A stretch of 64,000 nucleotides of DNA, taken from NCBI GenBank assembly GCA_964603025.1, contig CAZRTO010000001.1, positions 8,428 through 72,427 on the forward strand. The letters are read 5' to 3'. The DNA comes from an uncultured bacterium (lineage in GTDB: Bacteria; Margulisbacteria; WOR-1; JAKLHX01). This document shows positions 57,947 to 64,000 of this stretch, one piece after another. A model generated the notes under the pieces. That model did not search any database. It was not told the DNA's origin and saw nothing but the letters and a program-made list of their open reading frames with translations. Each line of letters starts with the position of its first letter. The first letter of the stretch is position 1. Both the position numbers and the translations under genes were made by a program.

Positions 57947-58670
57947 CCTTGTGCGACTGAGGAATAACAAGTACGTTCTTTAGTCTGCGTTTTGCCACCG
58001 AATGGAAAGAAAGGCACTGTTCCGGGGTGGGCACCGATTTAAATCCTCTTGAGGGGGACGCCGGCTGCAGAACAAGAAATATTGATTCATCCCCGGACGC
58101 GATCAGAGAGCTCATATCGTCTATTTCCTGAACGGTAGTGTTCTTTGAAAAGACCGCCTTCACAAATACGTCCTTCAACATGGCTGTCTCAAGGAACTTA
58201 GAGTGCTCATTCCTATAGTCGCCGCATTTTGTCGCGCTTGGGAGCTTGTAGTCCATGGCTATGATATCCACAAGTTCTATCACCTCTTCCAGCCTGTCCG
58301 GGAGCGTCCCGTTCGTCTCCAGATATTTCGGGATCCTGATAAGAGGAAGTAGCTCTTTGAGAAAGTCCACCTGTAGAAGAGGCTCTCCCCCCGTCAGGCT
58401 CACTGAATGGAAAGGGTTCAGTCCCTGCGCGTAATCCGCGACCGTTGCGGCAACAGCTTCTGCTGACACGGGATTATTGAGCCTGATGACAGAATCCTTT
58501 TTCTTTACGGCGCAGAACTGTTCGATCTCTTTGGATGGTGATCTCGGGGTGTCACAGTAATCACACGACAGGTTGCACCCTGAAAATCTCAAGAATACCT
58601 GGCGCTGCCCGATATACCTGCCCTCGCCCTGAATGCTCTGAAAGATCGAGGACAGGTACGCATCCTTCAT
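57930..58670 (-). CDS. queE: 7-carboxy-7-deazaguanine synthase (radical SAM)
   Basis: 246 aa. CxxxCxxC radical-SAM cluster motif (SGCNLSCDYCDTP) and QueE-type N-terminus. Confidence 0.85.
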   Translation of the reverse strand: MKDAYLSSIFQSIQGEGRYIGQRQVFLRFSGCNLSCDYCDTPRSPSKEIEQFCAVKKKDSVIRLNNPVSAEAVAATVADYAQGLNPFHSVSLTGGEPLLQVDFLKELLPLIRIPKYLETNGTLPDRLEEVIELVDIIAMDYKLPSATKCGDYRNEHSKFLETAMLKDVFVKAVFSKNTTVQEIDDMSSLIASGDESIFLVLQPASPSRGFKSVPTPEQCLSFHSVAKRRLKNVLVIPQSHKVMGLD

Positions 58671-59359
58671 CTGCTGATCTCTTTTGAGACCACTTCTCCC
58701 CTTCTGCCGGGAGCCAGAATAACGGCCCCACCGGATGTGAGCTTCAACCCGGCGGCATTGCCGACCTTGACGAATAATTTGTTATCGGCCGTCCAGGTCC
58801 TTTCATCTCCGGGAAAAGCCATCCCCTTAAACACGCTTTTGCCGTCGGCCTCTACCAAAAGCCACGTTCTTTCGATTATTTCAGCGCGGACCTCAAAGGT
58901 CCCGGTCTGGCCATCCGCCACCTGGACTGGGGCTCCCGCACGCACGGAGGAGTTCCTGAGCGAGCCCAGCAAAAATCCCGCAAAAGAGAAAAGTCCCGCT
59001 ATGATCACTATCAAGCCCACGGAAACTGCCATCGTTTTGAACAGCTTAGCCCCGTCGAAAACCTTTGTCTTTTTGACCGCTGGCGCGACAGGGGCTTCGG
59101 TCTTGACCTTGTCTTTTTTGTTCTTCCTGGAAAGCTCAGATATGAGCGGTGACGGATCTATCCCCAAAAAATCAGAGTAAACGCGCATGAACCCTTTGAG
59201 GACCACATCCCCCGGGATCTTATCGAAGTCTTCCTCCTCTATGGCCTTGAGGTAGGCCTGAGATATTTTAGTCTCCTTTGAAGCTTTTTCGATGGATATT
59301 TTTTTCGCGGTCCTTGAATCCCTGAATGCCTTGCCGATCGCATGTTTTTCCTCTTTCAT
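58667..59359 (-). CDS. rodZ: cytoskeleton protein RodZ-like (HTH + TM + DUF4115)
   Basis: 230 aa. N-terminal XRE-like HTH, a single TM segment, and a C-terminal DUF4115-like beta domain. Confidence 0.7.
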   Translation of the reverse strand: MKEEKHAIGKAFRDSRTAKKISIEKASKETKISQAYLKAIEEEDFDKIPGDVVLKGFMRVYSDFLGIDPSPLISELSRKNKKDKVKTEAPVAPAVKKTKVFDGAKLFKTMAVSVGLIVIIAGLFSFAGFLLGSLRNSSVRAGAPVQVADGQTGTFEVRAEIIERTWLLVEADGKSVFKGMAFPGDERTWTADNKLFVKVGNAAGLKLTSGGAVILAPGRRGEVVSKEISR

Positions 59360-59943
59360 ACAGTATCCTCCGTGGCGTTTCTTTGTTCCAGTTCGGCAAG
59401 AGTACCTGCCGAATCCGATCCGTCTTCCAGAGGGGGCAGCTCGCTAAGATCATGCAGGCCAAAATGCTTAAGGAACTCTACGGTCGTTCCGTAAAGTATG
59501 GGGCGGCCAACGGAATCCGACCGGCCGCACTCCTTGATAAGTCTCTTTTCAAGCAGGGTCTTTATGACCCCGTCGCACAATACACCCCTGATCCTCTCGA
59601 CCTCCGACCTGGCTATGGGCTGTTTGTAGGCTATTATCGACAGCGTTTCCATGGACTGCTGGGAAAGGGATACGGATACCGGGCTCTTGAGGAACTTCTC
59701 TATATAACCGCTGTATCTGGGCCTTGTAGCGAGAAGATATCCGTTCGCCAGCTTAATTATCTGCAACCCCCTGGCCTCGTAAGAGCCCGACAGGTCATCC
59801 ACGGCGCGTTGTATCACATCCCTGCCGAGCTGAGAGACATCATCGAGATCATCCACAGACAACGGCCTCTTCGAAACAAAAAGCAGGGATTCCACGGCGT
59901 TCCTGGCGTCCTCATATGCTATTGCATTGCTCTGGTCCGTCAT
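59356..59943 (-). CDS. scpB: segregation and condensation protein B
   Basis: 195 aa. Tandem winged-helix ScpB profile. Confidence 0.85.
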   Translation of the reverse strand: MTDQSNAIAYEDARNAVESLLFVSKRPLSVDDLDDVSQLGRDVIQRAVDDLSGSYEARGLQIIKLANGYLLATRPRYSGYIEKFLKSPVSVSLSQQSMETLSIIAYKQPIARSEVERIRGVLCDGVIKTLLEKRLIKECGRSDSVGRPILYGTTVEFLKHFGLHDLSELPPLEDGSDSAGTLAELEQRNATEDTV

Positions 59944-60752
59944 TCCCGCGCCTCCGAGGAGGAAAAGATCACGATCTGACCGAAAAATCCGTCCTGTTTG
60001 AGCGCTATTTTTTTCAGCCTAATAAGCTCCAGCACCGCCAGGAAGGTGACTATTATCTCTATTCTGGTCTTGGTCCTGAACAGCGACTCAAAACCGATCG
60101 GCCCCGAAGAGGCTTTGAGCTTGTCCGAAATATCCCTGACCTTGTCTTCCACGGTTATCAATTCATCGACGATCTCAAACCCTTCTTTTTTCTCGCTGGC
60201 CTCGGCCCACACCCTGCGGAAAGCCTCCACAAGGTCTGAAACGCCCACATCCTTAAGAAAATACTGCTTTTGTCTGTCCGCCGCCGGATCCAGGCGGAAA
60301 CGGTGGAATACTTTTGAGAACTCGTCTTTTTTACGCCGGAGAAAGACCGCCATTTTCTTAAAAACTCGGTATTGGGAGACATGATCCACAAGAGATGTCT
60401 CTAACTCCTCGATCTCTTCCTCTTCATCCTCTACCGGCAGCAATTTTTTGGACTTGCTCTCCATAAGATATGACACCACCAGCAGGAATTCGGAGGAACA
60501 ATCAAGATCCAGGGCCCGCGACAGGGACAGATATTCCAGGTACTGTGACGTGACCGAAAAAAGCGAGATATCGCAGATATCCACTGCCTCGTTCTCTATC
60601 AACGAAAGCAGCGCCTCAAAATGACCTTCATAGCCGGGAAGCGTCACGTTAAAGCGGCTGAGATTGCCGACCGCAGGAGAACCCTGGGCGGGAGATATAT
60701 CCTGGGAAAGCGGCAGTGATGCGGTCTCTACCGTTTGCTGGATCATTTCCAT
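59940..60752 (-). CDS. scpA: segregation and condensation protein A
   Basis: 270 aa. ScpA/kleisin family, immediately upstream of scpB. Confidence 0.8.
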   Translation of the reverse strand: MEMIQQTVETASLPLSQDISPAQGSPAVGNLSRFNVTLPGYEGHFEALLSLIENEAVDICDISLFSVTSQYLEYLSLSRALDLDCSSEFLLVVSYLMESKSKKLLPVEDEEEEIEELETSLVDHVSQYRVFKKMAVFLRRKKDEFSKVFHRFRLDPAADRQKQYFLKDVGVSDLVEAFRRVWAEASEKKEGFEIVDELITVEDKVRDISDKLKASSGPIGFESLFRTKTRIEIIVTFLAVLELIRLKKIALKQDGFFGQIVIFSSSEARE

Positions 60753-60755
60753 TTT

Positions 60756-61733
60756 TTAGGATATCCCCATTAGTTTTTTTGCCTCGGACATGGTCCCGCG
60801 GGCCACTGAAGAAGCTTTTTCCATGCCGCGCGCAAGCATTTTCTCTATTATACTTGGGTCGGACTCAAGTTCAAGCCTTTTTTTATGTATATCCCTGAGA
60901 GATGCAACAACAGCGGACGAAAGGTTCTTTTTGCATTCGGTACATCCTATAGCGCCGGATCTGCACAGGTCCCCTATCTGTCCGCATGACGGCGCAGAAT
61001 ATATCCTGTGGTAAGCGTACACGGCGCAGATCTCCGGATGGCCCGGGTCGCTCTTCCTTATCCTGGCGGGGTCCGTGATCATTGCGGAGATCTTTTTTTC
61101 TATGACCGCCGGAGCGTCGGATATGGCAATAGTATTCCCGTATGTTTTGCTCATCTTTCGGCCGTCAAGACCGGGCATTACAGGAACTTCGGTCATCAGC
61201 TCTTTTGGAACCGGAAAAAGCTCTCCGTACAGATTGTTGAAACGGCGCGCTATCTCCCTGGTGAGCTCAAGGTGAGGCAGCTGGTCCTGTCCGACAGGAA
61301 CGAGATCGGCCTTATAGATCATTATGTCCGCAGCCTGCAGGACCGGATAACCGAGGAACCCGTAGGTCCCCAGGTCCACTCCCTTGAGTTCGTCTATCTT
61401 GCTCTTATATGTAGGGACCCTTTCAAGCCAGGAAAGAGGGGTTATCATCGAAAGCATCAGATGCAATTCGCAGTGTTCGGGAACGTCGGACTGGACAAAT
61501 ATCGTGCACTTGTCCGGGTCCAGCCCGGCAGAAACCAGGTCCACGGCAAGCTGAAAGATATTTTCCTTGAGCTCGCGGGTGTTCATATATCCTGTGGTGA
61601 GCGCGTGCAGGTCCGCGATCTCAAAAAATGATTCGTGCTTATCCTGCAGCTTCACCCAGTTTTGAAGAGCGCCGATCAGATTGCCAAGGTGCAGGCGGCC
61701 GGACGGTTGGATACCGGACAATATGCGAGACAT
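60756..61733 (-). CDS. trpS: tryptophan--tRNA ligase
   Basis: 325 aa. Class I aaRS motifs HIGH-like (GRLHLGN) and KMSKT. Confidence 0.9.
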   Translation of the reverse strand: MSRILSGIQPSGRLHLGNLIGALQNWVKLQDKHESFFEIADLHALTTGYMNTRELKENIFQLAVDLVSAGLDPDKCTIFVQSDVPEHCELHLMLSMITPLSWLERVPTYKSKIDELKGVDLGTYGFLGYPVLQAADIMIYKADLVPVGQDQLPHLELTREIARRFNNLYGELFPVPKELMTEVPVMPGLDGRKMSKTYGNTIAISDAPAVIEKKISAMITDPARIRKSDPGHPEICAVYAYHRIYSAPSCGQIGDLCRSGAIGCTECKKNLSSAVVASLRDIHKKRLELESDPSIIEKMLARGMEKASSVARGTMSEAKKLMGIS

Positions 61734-61748
61734 TTGGAGAAAATTATA

Positions 61749-63446
61749 TCACAGGTCCGGAGCTGCATTCAAATTTCTAAGAGCGAACTCGACTACATCC
61801 TTGAACACCGGCGCCGCCACCGAAGCTCCCCATATCGAGGATTTAGGTTCATCCACTACAACGACCACGGCCACCCTGGGATCCGATGCCGGCGCATAGC
61901 CGACTATTGAAGCGATATATCTGCGCTCCGTATATCCTTTGCCGGGGACCGGTTTTTGAGCGGTGCCGGTCTTGACCGCGACAGAAAATCCGTCGATCTT
62001 GGCCTTGTGTCCGGTCCCTCTTTTCATATAGGCGACGCCTTTCATAAGTTCCGTTGCCTTTTGGGCGGCAGATTCGGATACCGCCCTCCCGAGCGACTGT
62101 TCCGGCTCGGACCTGACTATCGCGCCATCAGGGCTTTCTATCCTTCTGACCAGTCTCGGCTTCATCCTGATCCCGCGGTTCCCTATAGCGGCGACCGCGG
62201 ATACAAGCTGCAGGGGCGTGACCGCGATCGTCTGACCGAAAGATATTGTGGCCAGATCGCTCTCGTGCCACCTGGACGGAGAAAACAGCAACCCCGGTTG
62301 TTCGCCGGGAAAACCAACTCCCGTATAAGCGCCGAAACCGAATTTCTTGATATGATCATAGAATTTTTGCCTCCCGAGTTTGATCCCTATGTAAGCTGTC
62401 CCGGTATTCAATGATTCGGCGATCACGTCCGCAAGGTCCTTGAACGGGCGGTCCATTTTGAGCGCGTGCGAATTTTTTACGGTTATCCCTCCGATCTTCA
62501 GCTCTTCAGGGGTCGGGATGACACTGTCGGGAGAAACAAGCCCTTCCTCTATGCCGGCGGCGGCGGTAATGACCTTGAAAGTGGACCCGGGTTCGTATAT
62601 GTCCGTAACAGGCGAAAGTTTCCAGCGCTGCGAAGGATATTTTGAGTATTCGTTAGGATCAAAATCCGGCCAGCCAGCGATCGCCAGTATATCCCCGCTC
62701 CTTACATCCATGACGATTATCGAGCCTGACAGAGCTCCGCTGCCGACGACGGCGGACTCGATCTGTCTTTGGGCAAAATATTGTACCGGCTCGTCTATGG
62801 TCAAAAAGACGTTCATGCCGTCCTCGGGAGCGGTTATCTGCCTTGAGACCGCCGAGAAGATCTCCCTGCCGGAGGGGTCCCGTTCGAACACATACCTGCC
62901 GGGTTTTCCGAGAAGATGCTTTTCCATGGCGAGTTCCATACCCGAAAGTCCTTTATTATCCAGGCCCGCGAAGCCCACAAGCTGGGATGCCAGCCTGCCT
63001 TTAGGGTACACTCTCTTTTTCTCCGGAGTTATATCTATGCCCGTGGTCCCTATCGCGGCTATTTTTTCAGCGAACGCTTTTTCAGCTTTTCTTCTCAGCC
63101 AGAAATTCGATCCAGCGGCGAATCGCTCCCTTATCAGGCGCTCATTCTGCCTGTCGGCTTCTATCAGCAGGCGGATGATCTCTCCTTTGTTCCTGATCGC
63201 ACGAGGCCTGACATAAACAGACCATTTTTCCACCGAAGTAGCCAGGATATTCCCGTTCCGGTCGAATATATCCCCGCGGTCCGGCAGGAGTTCTACGGCC
63301 CTCAATCTCTGGTCCGAAGAAAGCTCCCTGAAAAAAGAATGCTTTATCACCTGAAGATAAAAAAGCCTGGCTATGAGAAAGCAGAAAGCCGCCACAAAAA
63401 TGAACAACAGCACGTTTATCCTTGATGGGTCTTTTTTCATGATCAC
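61749..63446 (-). CDS. penicillin-binding protein 2 / peptidoglycan D,D-transpeptidase (FtsI/PBP2 class)
   Basis: 565 aa. N-terminal TM anchor and dimerisation domain, then transpeptidase motifs STFK and KTG. Confidence 0.85.
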   Translation of the reverse strand: MIMKKDPSRINVLLFIFVAAFCFLIARLFYLQVIKHSFFRELSSDQRLRAVELLPDRGDIFDRNGNILATSVEKWSVYVRPRAIRNKGEIIRLLIEADRQNERLIRERFAAGSNFWLRRKAEKAFAEKIAAIGTTGIDITPEKKRVYPKGRLASQLVGFAGLDNKGLSGMELAMEKHLLGKPGRYVFERDPSGREIFSAVSRQITAPEDGMNVFLTIDEPVQYFAQRQIESAVVGSGALSGSIIVMDVRSGDILAIAGWPDFDPNEYSKYPSQRWKLSPVTDIYEPGSTFKVITAAAGIEEGLVSPDSVIPTPEELKIGGITVKNSHALKMDRPFKDLADVIAESLNTGTAYIGIKLGRQKFYDHIKKFGFGAYTGVGFPGEQPGLLFSPSRWHESDLATISFGQTIAVTPLQLVSAVAAIGNRGIRMKPRLVRRIESPDGAIVRSEPEQSLGRAVSESAAQKATELMKGVAYMKRGTGHKAKIDGFSVAVKTGTAQKPVPGKGYTERRYIASIVGYAPASDPRVAVVVVVDEPKSSIWGASVAAPVFKDVVEFALRNLNAAPDL

Positions 63447-64000
63447 CGGTTACCGCCCATCATCTCAACAAGCGCCATCTCAAGCGTTATGCGAGGCGCC
63501 GACGAGGAGTATTTTACTGCGATATCAGCCAAGCCGAGTATGTCCACAGCCCTCACAAGATCATCGAGAGAGTAAAGAGAGGACCCCTCCAGGCAGCGTT
63601 CGTAATAATAGGGGTTCATCCCTAGAGACTGTATTATCCGGCTGTCAGGCATATTTGTTGATTTAAAGGCCTTTATCATGAGATAAGGCCTGATCCTGGA
63701 GGCAAGCCGGCCTATCAGGACGTGAGGGGGCTGTTTTGACCGGAGAGCGCTGTCCAGCGCTCTGAGAGCTCCGTTCAGATCGCGACCGGCGACAGCGTTC
63801 TCAAGCGCAAATGCCCCGAGTTCGGAGGACACTGCCAGAGCTTTTATGTCGTCCTTGCTTATGTCCCCGCGGCCTTCCGTATAAGCAGCCAACTTTTCGA
63901 TCTCGCTGGCAAGCTGCCTGAGCGACGGACCGGACATCTCGTTAAGCAGGGCTGCCGCTTCAGCGGTTATGGACCTGCCCCGTTCCCTGGCCATAGAAAC
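63443..64000 (-). CDS. holA: DNA polymerase III subunit delta (C-terminal part; 5' end beyond window end)
   Basis: The frame stays open to coordinate 64000. C-terminal helical domain of delta. It sits in the holA-(PBP)-trpS-scpAB context. Confidence 0.65.
   Translation of the reverse strand, partial: VSMARERGRSITAEAAALLNEMSGPSLRQLASEIEKLAAYTEGRGDISKDDIKALAVSSELGAFALENAVAGRDLNGALRALDSALRSKQPPHVLIGRLASRIRPYLMIKAFKSTNMPDSRIIQSLGMNPYYYERCLEGSSLYSLDDLVRAVDILGLADIAVKYSSSAPRITLEMALVEMMGGNR

Noticed and set aside
62440-63216. 258-aa plus-strand ORF
   Set aside because: Antisense to the PBP2/FtsI-type transpeptidase gene.

Overview
This is a 64 kb core-genome stretch from a diderm bacterium with about 50% GC; I could not place it taxonomically. 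It looks like an uncultivated or poorly sampled lineage, with an SLH-anchored OmpM-like porin, LptF/G, and flagellar L/P-ring proteins (FlgH/FlgI). Nearly every gene lies on the minus strand.

Content from low to high coordinate:
- Housekeeping start: a partial HI0933-type FAD oxidoreductase, Maf, a nitroreductase, a P-type cation ATPase and a secreted protein.
- tRNA array on the minus strand: His, Arg(TCT), Gly(TCC), Pro(GGG), Pro(TGG), then two truncated tandem tRNA-Pro-like pseudo-copies; a third isoacceptor, Pro(CGG), sits about 1.3 kb away.
- A secreted protein with near-identical 201-bp tandem repeats, then a lipoprotein.
- Housekeeping block: rdgB-purD-recJ-accB-efp on the minus strand, and plsY-gpsA-(unknown 354 aa)-hflX on the plus strand.
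- aroG (type I-beta), aroH, birA and the porin.
- Envelope glycosyl cluster: MGDG-synthase-like GT28, galE, GT4, a TPR protein and lptF/G.
- rpsU-HIT-ricT-holB-rel, then a class II aldolase plus PfkB kinase, proS and glyS.
- A roughly 13 kb unidirectional flagellar basal-body array: fliI, fliH, a short fliG, fliF, fliE, flgC, flgB, fliA (sigma-28), a flgJ-N-like gene, flgI, flgH, panD (an interloper), flgA, flgG, flgF, an flhB-C-like gene and fliK.
- rplY, hisI, dnaE, a 47-aa zinc-ribbon ORF, carB, an unknown 473-aa plus-strand protein, queE, rodZ, scpB, scpA, trpS, a PBP2/FtsI-type transpeptidase and a partial holA.

I found no CRISPR array, integrase, transposase or recognisable defence system. 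The most unusual items are:
- a 180-aa FliG that lacks the C-terminal torque domain;
- panD translationally embedded in flgA-panD-flgH;
- the tRNA array with its pseudo-tRNA tandem copies and SD-like repeated spacers;
- two unannotatable proteins (354 aa, beside hflX and carrying a sigma-28-like GCCGATAT upstream; and 473 aa);
- a ProRS whose editing domain is replaced by a Cys4 insertion;
- an orphan glyS;
- a secreted protein with perfect tandem repeats.

All functional calls rest on motifs I recognise by eye. No database search was run.
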